Assembly (NCBI GenBank): GCA_964483505.1
Contig: CAZAAQ010000001.1
Coordinates: 3,821-52,653 of the forward strand
Direction of reading: 5' to 3'
DNA length: 48,833 nucleotides
Source: an uncultured Candidatus Saccharibacteria bacterium
GTDB taxonomy: Bacteria > Patescibacteriota > Saccharimonadia > Saccharimonadales > Saccharimonadaceae
Both the position numbers and the translations under genes were made by a program. Numbering within the stretch: position 1 is the first letter of the stretch; each line of letters starts with the position of its first letter. Under the pieces are notes generated by a model. It searched no databases. It had not been told where the DNA came from and worked only from the letters and a program-made list of their open reading frames with translations. This document shows, piece by piece, positions 40,942 through 48,833 of this stretch.

Positions 40942-42804
40942 TTAAACTAAACCGTAAATCATGCTCTTAATTGCAGCGTCGCTATCACTACTAGAATTTT
41001 CTTCGTTGTAAGCTTTAACTAGTTTTTCGACACAACTGTCGATGTCGCTAGTTGATGTGTAATATTTGCTACAATAAGTTTTTGCTTCTGATTTAACGTA
41101 ATTACTTTGAGAAGTCTGGATTGCACCATTTACGTCAGTCATAAACTCACTCACGTTCTTAGCGTCAGACGGAGCGCTGACTGATTTCTTTTCGTAAGAA
41201 ATCGTAAACGTTGCTTCAGACTTCGCGCTATCACTATCGCTTGTAATTTCGACTTTTGTCAACTCGTGTGACCAGCCTTTAATACCGAGTTTAATTGTCG
41301 ATTTAGACAAATCAGATTCTTCCGTCTCGGTTGAAGTGCTGGTACTCATCACATCTTTACATTTAGAGATGAAGTCCAAATCAGCAACTTTCTCACCAAA
41401 TTTCTTTGCAGCGTCAGCATTAGCTTTCACGGTGTAGTATTTTACGCCATCTTTAGATTCAACCTTGACGTCTTTATCGTAGTTGATAAAAGTGTTGTCC
41501 TTATAGATATCCGCAATTTTATCTTTATTTTCTTTCTTAGACATCGCATCGGCAATTTCGGTCAAACAATCATAACTCTTTTTATAGGTGTCACTTGTAA
41601 TGTCGTTGGTGGTAACTTTATACCACTGGCCGTTGACCTTATCGGCAACGTTATCGACCATATCGCCAATCAAAGCAATCTCTTCGTCCGTTGCAGAATC
41701 ACTGGCAGAAGAACTAATCGCATCTTTAATTTGGCTCTTAACATCATTCAAATCTAATTTGAAGTATAGTTCACCACCGCTAATATAAGCTGCACTGACA
41801 CCAAAAGATATCGTCTTGTCATCATCGAGTTGCATGCTGATCTTAGTATCAGCTACCACATTGCTATTATCGCTAGTAGTATCGTAATCGATGGTCATGC
41901 TCTTATATGAGCTCGTTGATAGAGATGAAGTTGAACTGCTATCGCTATTTGGCGTTAGCGTAATCGTGCCCTTCATTTGTGTTTGGCTTGCATTCCAAGC
42001 ATTTGCTATGGCATCACTAACTGTTTTTTCAGCCGACTCGTGCCAATTAATAAAGAAAATGGCTCCAATTATGCCGCCGATTAGTACCACGGCTACAATA
42101 ATCGCAATAATTAAGCCCTTCTTTGATTTTTTCTTTGCTGGCTGCGCTTCAGTAACGGTCGTTTTGTCAGCATCTGGCGTCGTCGCCACAACTGGCTCAA
42201 CTGGCTGGCTAGCCACAGCATTATCTGTTGCGGCCACATTGTTTGATGTAGTTGTATCTGCAGCAGGTTCTTCAGCAGGCTGAGAATTGTTGACTTCGGT
42301 TGTCGCGTTTTCTGGCGAAACTTCACCCATCATCGCATCATCTGCCACTGGCTGCTGTTGCACATCATTATTCGTGGTGTCTACTGAATCTTGCGAAGGA
42401 GTAGCCTCACCTTCATTTGGCTGTCCACTCGTATTACCATTTTCTAAAAATGGATTTTCGTCATTATTCATTTTTTCTTCCTTTAAAGTCTGCTCATTAT
42501 TTACGGGTTCATCCGGAATCTCGACTTCAAGATTTCCCGATCCAATTGCCCCAGGCAATAAGTCTTCCGCCTTTTCCGCCTGTTGCTGTTGCTCCTTGTT
42601 TGATGCAGAGTCGTCTTCTGGCACCGCATCAAGCACTAAAGGATTTTCTAAGGTATCTTCCTGATCAGAGATGAACTCTTCCTCAGCCTTAGCCTCTTCA
42701 TCAATCGTAATCTTCTTAATGCTCGGCGAAATTGGCGTACCTGACGTATCATCTAGCTTCACGGCATCATTTTCGTCAAAGTTGCCGCTTTTATCGTCGC
42801 TCAT
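40942..42804 (-). CDS. single-pass membrane protein with an acidic disordered N-terminus and a Ser/Thr/Asp-rich outer domain, function unknown
   Basis: 620 aa. TM helix LIIAIIVAVVLIGGIIGAIFFI near residue 230. SD GGAG lies upstream. Confidence 0.5.
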   Translation of the reverse strand: MSDDKSGNFDENDAVKLDDTSGTPISPSIKKITIDEEAKAEEEFISDQEDTLENPLVLDAVPEDDSASNKEQQQQAEKAEDLLPGAIGSGNLEVEIPDEPVNNEQTLKEEKMNNDENPFLENGNTSGQPNEGEATPSQDSVDTTNNDVQQQPVADDAMMGEVSPENATTEVNNSQPAEEPAADTTTSNNVAATDNAVASQPVEPVVATTPDADKTTVTEAQPAKKKSKKGLIIAIIVAVVLIGGIIGAIFFINWHESAEKTVSDAIANAWNASQTQMKGTITLTPNSDSSSTSSLSTSSYKSMTIDYDTTSDNSNVVADTKISMQLDDDKTISFGVSAAYISGGELYFKLDLNDVKSQIKDAISSSASDSATDEEIALIGDMVDNVADKVNGQWYKVTTNDITSDTYKKSYDCLTEIADAMSKKENKDKIADIYKDNTFINYDKDVKVESKDGVKYYTVKANADAAKKFGEKVADLDFISKCKDVMSTSTSTETEESDLSKSTIKLGIKGWSHELTKVEITSDSDSAKSEATFTISYEKKSVSAPSDAKNVSEFMTDVNGAIQTSQSNYVKSEAKTYCSKYYTSTSDIDSCVEKLVKAYNEENSSSDSDAAIKSMIYGLV

Positions 42805-42809
42805 TCAGA

Positions 42810-43163
42810 CTACTCCTCGGTAGTAGTATCTTCGGTAGTAGTAGTCGTAGTGGTCGTACTTGTACTATCTTGTACGCTCACGTTGCAGGTGCCATTTGCG
42901 GTCGCACGAGCGCAGGCTTCAATAGACTCATACTTGTTCAAAACTTGGCTAGAAAAGACAAATAGCCATACTGACAAAGCGGCAAACAAAATTGTCGTGA
43001 CTGCAAATAAGCAATAAAAGAATTTATATTTGCCACTGATTGTATGGTTCTCTGGATTCTTCTCTTTATACAAAGGAATCTTTGCCATCTTAGCTTTCTT
43101 TGGTGCTACTTTTTTGACTTTTGCAGCTGAAGTTTTCGTTTTCGCGGCAGTTTTCGTTGCCAT
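42810..43163 (-). CDS. small single-pass membrane protein with a poly-Thr tail
   Basis: 117 aa with a Lys/Ala-rich N-terminus, one TM helix and C-terminal STSTTTTTTTTEDTTTEE. SD AGGAGGG lies upstream. Confidence 0.45.
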   Translation of the reverse strand: MATKTAAKTKTSAAKVKKVAPKKAKMAKIPLYKEKNPENHTISGKYKFFYCLFAVTTILFAALSVWLFVFSSQVLNKYESIEACARATANGTCNVSVQDSTSTTTTTTTTEDTTTEE

Positions 43164-43307
43164 GGCTAATTTGCCCTCCTACATATTGTGCTTTAGCTTA
43201 AATATAACACAAAAACTAATATTTTAGCCAAAGTTTTTATGCTTATAATATGATATTATATAGATAAATAGCTTGCATAACAAGGGAGTTAAAAACGAAA
43301 GGCATCT

Positions 43308-44603
43308 ATGCAGAAAAATAATTTTAATATCAAGCTCATTCGAGCTCGCCAAATCCTCGACTCACGCGGCAATCCAACTGTCGAGGCTGACGTCGTACTA
43401 GAAAGCGGACACGCTGGTCGCGCTGCCGTTCCATCTGGTGCTTCGACTGGTGCCGGTGAAGCACTAGAATTACGCGATCAAGACCCAACCCGTTTTGATG
43501 GCAAAGGCGTCTTAAAGGCCGTCTGGAACGTCAATAATAAAATCAGCGATGTGCTTGTTGGCAACGATGCTAGCGACCAACGCCAAATCGACCAATTGAT
43601 GTTAGATCTCGATGGCACCGAAAACAAATCAAATCTTGGGGCTAATGCCATTCTAGCCGTCTCTCTAGCCGCAGCAAAAGCTGCCGCCCATGCCAAAAAC
43701 CGCCGTTTCTATGAATATGTCGCCGATTTAGCTGGGACTACCGATGAAATGTGCCTACCAATGCCAATGATGAATGTCATGAATGGCGGCGCGCATGCTG
43801 ATTGGTCAACTGACTTTCAAGAATATATGATTATTCCAACCAGTGCCGGCAATATTGCCGACGCCGTTCGCATGGGGGCAGAAGTTTTTCATAAATTAAA
43901 GACTGTCCTCAAAAATCGTGGCTATGTCACTACCGTCGGCGATGAGGGTGGCTATGCCCCACGCGTCAAAGATGGCAATAATGAACCCCTTGAGCTGATT
44001 AAAGAAGCTATCGAAAGCGCTGGCTACGCACTCGGCAAAGATATTTCGATTGCCATGGACATTGCCGCTTCCGAATTTGCTAAAGATGATCACTACGAAC
44101 TCAAAACAAATGGTGATTGGAAATATGCTAACAATCTCGCCGACTGGTATCAATGGATCATCGATAATTACCCAGTAGTTTCCATTGAGGACGGACTTGG
44201 CGAAAACGACTGGAACGGTTGGAAAATGCTGACCGAACGCTTCAAAGACCGCATTCAATTAGTCGGCGATGACCTATTCGTCACTAACGCCAAACTATTG
44301 CAAAAAGGCATCGATGAGCACGCCGCCAATGCTATTTTGATTAAACCGAACCAGATTGGCTCATTGACTGAGACTATCGACACCGTCAAATTAGCTAAGA
44401 AAAACGGCTACCGTTGCGTTATGTCACACCGTTCTGGTGAGACCGAAGACACTAGTATTGCGCATCTTGCCGTCGGTCTTGGCACTGGCCAAATCAAAAC
44501 TGGCTCCCTGTCACGCACCGAGCGCATTGCAAAATACAATGAATTGATGCGCATTGCTGAAGCTAATTCGACTTTGCCGCTTACTAACCCATTTGCAAAA
44601 TAA
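43308..44603 (+). CDS. eno: enolase
   Basis: 431 aa with [13 protein letters not shown] and SHRSGETED signatures. Confidence 0.95.
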   Translation: MQKNNFNIKLIRARQILDSRGNPTVEADVVLESGHAGRAAVPSGASTGAGEALELRDQDPTRFDGKGVLKAVWNVNNKISDVLVGNDASDQRQIDQLMLDLDGTENKSNLGANAILAVSLAAAKAAAHAKNRRFYEYVADLAGTTDEMCLPMPMMNVMNGGAHADWSTDFQEYMIIPTSAGNIADAVRMGAEVFHKLKTVLKNRGYVTTVGDEGGYAPRVKDGNNEPLELIKEAIESAGYALGKDISIAMDIAASEFAKDDHYELKTNGDWKYANNLADWYQWIIDNYPVVSIEDGLGENDWNGWKMLTERFKDRIQLVGDDLFVTNAKLLQKGIDEHAANAILIKPNQIGSLTETIDTVKLAKKNGYRCVMSHRSGETEDTSIAHLAVGLGTGQIKTGSLSRTERIAKYNELMRIAEANSTLPLTNPFAK

Positions 44604-44624
44604 TTCCCATTGCTTTGCAAGCCA

Positions 44625-44660
44625 AAAAAGAATTGCCGGAATCGGCAATTCTTTTCTTTT
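44625..44660. terminator. bidirectional intrinsic terminator between eno and pgi
   Basis: Hairpin AGAATTGCCG-gaat-CGGCAATTCT flanked by an A-run and a T-run. Confidence 0.7.
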
Positions 44661-44675
44661 TCTCGTTATCTTTTT

Positions 44676-45935
44676 CTAGGCTTCGTAGCCAGGCTTACCT
44701 AGTAACTTGAACATGTTAGTTTTATAGGCCTCTACGCCTGGTTGATTGAATGGATTGACACCTAAAGTGAAGCCGCTCAATGCACAGCTCGTCTCGAAGA
44801 AGTAAATCAATCCACCCAAGGTTCGCGCCGATAACTCCGGCAATTTTACTTCAAGAATCGGCACTCCACCAGTCGCATGCGCCGACCTTGTTGCTTCATT
44901 TGCTTTTTTGCAAATGTAGTCCATCTCTTTACCTTCAAGATATTTTAACCCGTCCAAATCTTCCGCTAAAGTCGGTACGGCGATTTCGCCCAAGGTGTGT
45001 TCAATCTCTACAAAAGTTTCGAACAAGTTTCGTCTTCCCTCTTGGATATATTGTCCCATCGAATGCAAATCAGTCGAATCAATGACGCTAGCTGGAAAAA
45101 TTCCCTTGTTTTCCTTCCCCTCAGACTCCCCGAACAATTGCTTCCACCATTCATTAAACATCGCAAAGTTTGGTTCAAAATTCGCTAGAATCTCAATATT
45201 GTAGTTTTTAGCTAACAACAGGTTACGTACCGCCGCATACTCAGCCGCCGCGCCACCATCCGAAATCAACGCACTTCGCTCCTCTTCGGCTCCGTCCATC
45301 AACGTATCGATATCAATCCCAGCCGTCGCGATAGCAAGCAGCCCCACCGCCGTTAGCACAGAATAGCGTCCACCAATATTATCTGGGACTACAAAGCGTG
45401 CGTAATTCTTTGCAACTGCTTCATCATGCAGGGCACCTTTATTAGCATCCGTTGTTGCATAAATTCGCTTACCAGCTTCATTTTCACCGTATTTGGCCAC
45501 CAACATCTGTTTGAAAATTCGAAATGCCACGGCCGGCTCCGTCGTAGTACCAGATTTCGAGATTACGTTCACCGAAAAATCTTTATTGCCAATTGTGTCA
45601 ATCGCTTTCTGCAGAGCCAAAGGACTCAACGAATTACCAGCATAAATAATTTTTGTCCGCCCTTTTTCACCACCCAACGCCTCAATTACTGCACGATGAC
45701 CCAAATAACTGCCGCCAATACCAATACAAACCAAATAGTCTGAGTCGGAATTAATCTTTGCAGCAGCACTCTTAATCCTCGCAAATTCATCTTTATCGTA
45801 AGCAATTGGCAAATCTACCCAACCGCCAAAGGTATCTTCTTGTGCTTTTTGGACAAAGGTTCTTGCCTGAGCCACTTTTTGAGCCAACTCATCCTCTGCG
45901 ACTAGTCCTAGTAAGTCGCTCTTGAATTCAATCAT
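44676..45935 (-). CDS. pgi: glucose-6-phosphate isomerase (short form)
   Basis: 419 aa with [17 protein letters not shown] and C-terminal PGI signatures. SD AAGGAGG lies upstream. Confidence 0.88.
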   Translation of the reverse strand: MIEFKSDLLGLVAEDELAQKVAQARTFVQKAQEDTFGGWVDLPIAYDKDEFARIKSAAAKINSDSDYLVCIGIGGSYLGHRAVIEALGGEKGRTKIIYAGNSLSPLALQKAIDTIGNKDFSVNVISKSGTTTEPAVAFRIFKQMLVAKYGENEAGKRIYATTDANKGALHDEAVAKNYARFVVPDNIGGRYSVLTAVGLLAIATAGIDIDTLMDGAEEERSALISDGGAAAEYAAVRNLLLAKNYNIEILANFEPNFAMFNEWWKQLFGESEGKENKGIFPASVIDSTDLHSMGQYIQEGRRNLFETFVEIEHTLGEIAVPTLAEDLDGLKYLEGKEMDYICKKANEATRSAHATGGVPILEVKLPELSARTLGGLIYFFETSCALSGFTLGVNPFNQPGVEAYKTNMFKLLGKPGYEA

Positions 45936-45944
45936 ATTTCCTCC

Positions 45945-47045
45945 TTATAAGCTTACGGCGATATCGTGCAAATCACTGGAAGTGAGTTTTCCAGATTCAT
46001 TCTCAATCACGTAAAATACCCCACCATTCACCCAAGCCGCATTAGACTTGGACACATAAATCGTCAGCCCTTGACCTTTAGCAATCGAATAATCATCGCC
46101 CCACTCTTTTTTCACATAATTAGACAATACGGCAGACGAATCCCAAGTTGTTTTTTCCTCTTTCAACGTGAATTTTTCGCCATCATCGTTTTTAAAAGCC
46201 ATCGTCAAGCAGCCATTATTTTCGCTCACCAGCCCATCTAATCGATAATCGGTCGGTACATAACTTGGGTAAGCGTTATCGATGCCAGTTTGCATAGCCG
46301 CCACGCGGACCGACAAATCAGGCAAATTCAAATATACCAAATATCCTAATAGCGCAATCGAAATTACTGCCATTGACGAAGCAATCGCAAATTTTTTGTT
46401 CTGCCAAAAATGCGTCTTTTTCTGCACCGCTTCACCAAATTGCGTTTGCGTCTCATTCATCGTTGAAACCTTACGTAAAGCCTGTTGGATTGCGCGATCC
46501 TTGAGCTCTTGGGCACTTAAACGCTCCGGTTCTGCTTTGCGAGCAGCCATCCGCGCCTTCGCAATCTTTGCTATATGATGTTGTTGCAACTGACCAGATG
46601 TAATCATCTGACGCTTTTCGGTGATGTCGTCTTGTTGCTGCGTTCGACTAAGCTTTGTATACTCTTGCGACGCCGCTTGTCTAATCTCTTGCATTCTTGC
46701 AGCGCGCTGTTGCTGTTGATTTTGAATCTGTTTTGTTTGCTGATTAGCGGCTACGATGCGCACTGGCTGCTGAGTCGATTGTCGTGCCGTACCAGACGTC
46801 CTGGATATATCATTAGTTGGATGTAATTGAACTTGATGCTGCTTCTGTAACAATTCTTTTCTCTGGCTCATTTGACGCAGAGATACTGATGCTGCGCCAG
46901 CCACAGTACTAATTTTTGGCGCAACAGTTGGCTTTTTCACAAAACGTCGGTTAAGAGTAGAAGATTTTTGGACTCTCCGATGATCAACCGAGCTTGCATG
47001 TTTTGCGGTTACACCTTTTGTCGAAACTCTTTTGATCCCGTCCAT
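45945..47045 (-). CDS. single-pass membrane protein with a Gln/Arg-rich N-terminus, function unknown
   Basis: 366 aa. TM helix FAIASSMAVISIALLGYLVYL and a roughly 140-aa C-terminal outer domain. SD GTGAGGA lies upstream. Confidence 0.5.
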   Translation of the reverse strand: MDGIKRVSTKGVTAKHASSVDHRRVQKSSTLNRRFVKKPTVAPKISTVAGAASVSLRQMSQRKELLQKQHQVQLHPTNDISRTSGTARQSTQQPVRIVAANQQTKQIQNQQQQRAARMQEIRQAASQEYTKLSRTQQQDDITEKRQMITSGQLQQHHIAKIAKARMAARKAEPERLSAQELKDRAIQQALRKVSTMNETQTQFGEAVQKKTHFWQNKKFAIASSMAVISIALLGYLVYLNLPDLSVRVAAMQTGIDNAYPSYVPTDYRLDGLVSENNGCLTMAFKNDDGEKFTLKEEKTTWDSSAVLSNYVKKEWGDDYSIAKGQGLTIYVSKSNAAWVNGGVFYVIENESGKLTSSDLHDIAVSL

Positions 47046-47192
47046 TTTTCCTCACTTTATTCTGCTTAATTTATCTTAAAACATAACAAGTAAGAAATCA
47101 ATAGCGTTTTAATATTTTTGTTCAGTATCTTCCCTTTTGTAAAACATAAACATTTCGCGTTTTATTAAAATGATATAATATATTAATAACTT

Positions 47193-48704
47193 ATGATGGA
47201 TAAGAACAAAAAAAGAAAGCAACGCGCGTTACGTGTTGCTATCACGAATATCTTTATGGGGATATCCGTTGTCGCCATTGTCTTCGTGCTCATGTTCATT
47301 GCTATGGGCTATTCTTTTAATAATAAATCTGGCGAGCTGGAACAATCTGGTCTCGTCCAAATCGATTCTGAGCCAAGTGGCGCCACCGTAGAAATTGATG
47401 GCACTACTCAATTTAGCCACACCGAAATGAACAAAATGCTCAGCCCGGGTGTTCATCATCTTGTTGTCAGTAAATCTGGCTATGACATTTGGAAAAAAGA
47501 TTTATCCGTCGACACTGGCTTACTTACTCGCATCGAATGGATTCGTTTATTCCCTGTCTCGCCAGAAGTTTCCGACGTAGCCAGTTTCAAAAATGTCCGT
47601 CTGGCAAACTATTCCGCCGATCGCAAAGTCTTGCTCGTCATCGAGCAAGCCAACCCTGATATTATTGTACTCAATATCCAAGATGATCAAGTCAATCGCA
47701 CCGTCATATCTTTAGCAACCGCGCTTGGCACCGATGATGCCACTGCGCTTACTGGCACTATCGCCATCAAAACTTGGAGCCGGAGTAGCGACAAGGTTTT
47801 ACTAACTTGGGAACATGATAACACTACGACCTGGCATCTAGTCGAACTCAATAAAGACAATGCCAAAAAGAGTCTAGACTTAACCACCAAATTCAATCTC
47901 CAGTTTTCAAATATCTTGATTGCTAACGACTCCGCCTCAAAACTCTGGGGCATCGAGAACGGTAACCTTCGCCTAATTGACGCCGACAATCTGACGATTT
48001 CTGGCGTCATTGCTAAAAATGTTGAAAAAATCACTAATAATAAAGACACCGTAGCTTTTGTTAACGCCAACGATGACGGCAATCGCTTCGTTAGCACCTA
48101 TAAAGATGGCGAGGATGGCCCCGTCGTAATTGCTAAGTTAGAAAAAGAGACACCGACCATCAATCTTGCTATGGGCACATATTGGGGTGCCGAATGGCTC
48201 GCCTACGCAAAAGATAAGCACGTTGAAATTATTAGCGGGTCTTACCCTTCTTACGGCAAATCTGATAGTGCCAATTTCAAGACTACCATCAAAAAAGACC
48301 TTAGCTATGTGCCACAACTCATTTCCGTTGATAGTGACGAACGCATCCTTACTCTAGCCGCCGATAAAAATATGTCATCAATTGATTTAGAGATTAAACA
48401 TACCTATGATTACACCTTCGAGAATGCAGTCAGCAAGATTAACTGGCTAGACGGATTTTTAACTTGGCAAAAAACCGACGATAATAAAATATTTGTTCGA
48501 GACTTTGACGGCGATAACCAGCGCGAAATTGTCAGCAACGCCGACAATGACTACGGAGTAAATATCACCGATAACAACAATTGGCTTTATTACTTCAATG
48601 TCTCAAAACCAGAAACCACTGAAGCAACGACCGCCACAACATCTACGACAACTGCTACAACCACCACAACTTACACGCTCAAGCGCGAGAAACTCAATAT
48701 TTAA
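47193..48704 (+). CDS. membrane-anchored PEGA-domain protein with a beta-rich C-terminal region
   Basis: 503 aa with an N-terminal TM helix and a PEGA-like segment LVQIDSEPSGATVEIDG...LSPGVHHLVVSKSGYDIWKKDLSV. Thr-rich C-terminal tail. Confidence 0.55.
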   Translation: MMDKNKKRKQRALRVAITNIFMGISVVAIVFVLMFIAMGYSFNNKSGELEQSGLVQIDSEPSGATVEIDGTTQFSHTEMNKMLSPGVHHLVVSKSGYDIWKKDLSVDTGLLTRIEWIRLFPVSPEVSDVASFKNVRLANYSADRKVLLVIEQANPDIIVLNIQDDQVNRTVISLATALGTDDATALTGTIAIKTWSRSSDKVLLTWEHDNTTTWHLVELNKDNAKKSLDLTTKFNLQFSNILIANDSASKLWGIENGNLRLIDADNLTISGVIAKNVEKITNNKDTVAFVNANDDGNRFVSTYKDGEDGPVVIAKLEKETPTINLAMGTYWGAEWLAYAKDKHVEIISGSYPSYGKSDSANFKTTIKKDLSYVPQLISVDSDERILTLAADKNMSSIDLEIKHTYDYTFENAVSKINWLDGFLTWQKTDDNKIFVRDFDGDNQREIVSNADNDYGVNITDNNNWLYYFNVSKPETTEATTATTSTTTATTTTTYTLKREKLNI

Positions 48705-48833
48705 TTAGTCGCAATTCGAAGTTGAGCCAATCCAAAATCAGACTCCCTCTAATTGCTCTCTGATACTTTATGTTTATTCCTGGTCTTTACCGGTCAGCCA
48801 GTTCCAAAACTGTTCTAGCGGCGAAGCTTGGTT

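Noticed and set aside
1-48833. A search for CRISPR arrays, transposases or integrases, rRNA, prophage genes, restriction-modification or other recognisable defence systems, and stop-codon reassignment.
   Set aside because: I saw no regularly spaced direct repeats and no ORF with transposase, integrase, nuclease-methylase or defence-type motifs. All housekeeping ORFs are intact with the standard stops, so there is no evidence for UGA recoding.

Overview
This is a dense, mostly housekeeping chromosomal window with about 44 CDS and 5 tRNA genes. All ORFs are intact under the standard bacterial code. Genes on the + strand at 1-20 kb include murD, uvrB, gltX, der, a phoH-like gene, pth, topA, a sigma-region-4/HARE-HTH protein and a membrane-anchored VirD4/HerA-like ATPase. 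The - strand at 21-43 kb carries a dcw-type cluster (rsmH, ftsL-like, ftsI, mraY, ftsW, murG) followed by tRNA-Glu, pyk and pgk. The same strand also carries typA, tRNAs, a family-5 solute-binding protein, secG, a short uvrC and several lineage-specific surface or membrane proteins. The right end holds eno, pgi and two divergent membrane proteins. The gene content fits a reduced-genome Patescibacteria/CPR (Saccharibacteria-like) bacterium: many single-pass proteins with low-complexity tails, no mraZ and a UvrC lacking the HhH domain. That taxonomic call is inference only. I saw no CRISPR array, transposase, rRNA or recognisable defence island. The signals worth a second look are non-coding. 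(1) An orphan unit of about 300 nt at 13.2-13.5 kb has a consensus promoter and a strong terminator, and is a candidate structured sRNA. (2) A 985-bp ORF-poor gap between convergent genes (20131-21115) and a 729-bp gap where mraZ is expected (31337-32065) share a family of exact short repeats, inverted repeats, perfect palindromes and orphan promoters. (3) A 20-codon ORF with a strong SD, followed by a terminator, sits inside the dcw cluster. (4) An extended -10 box lies 6-8 nt upstream of the start codon of many operon-leading genes, which implies widespread leaderless mRNAs, while operon-internal genes keep Shine-Dalgarno sites. Every functional reading of these non-coding signals is a hypothesis. 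None was checked against a database.
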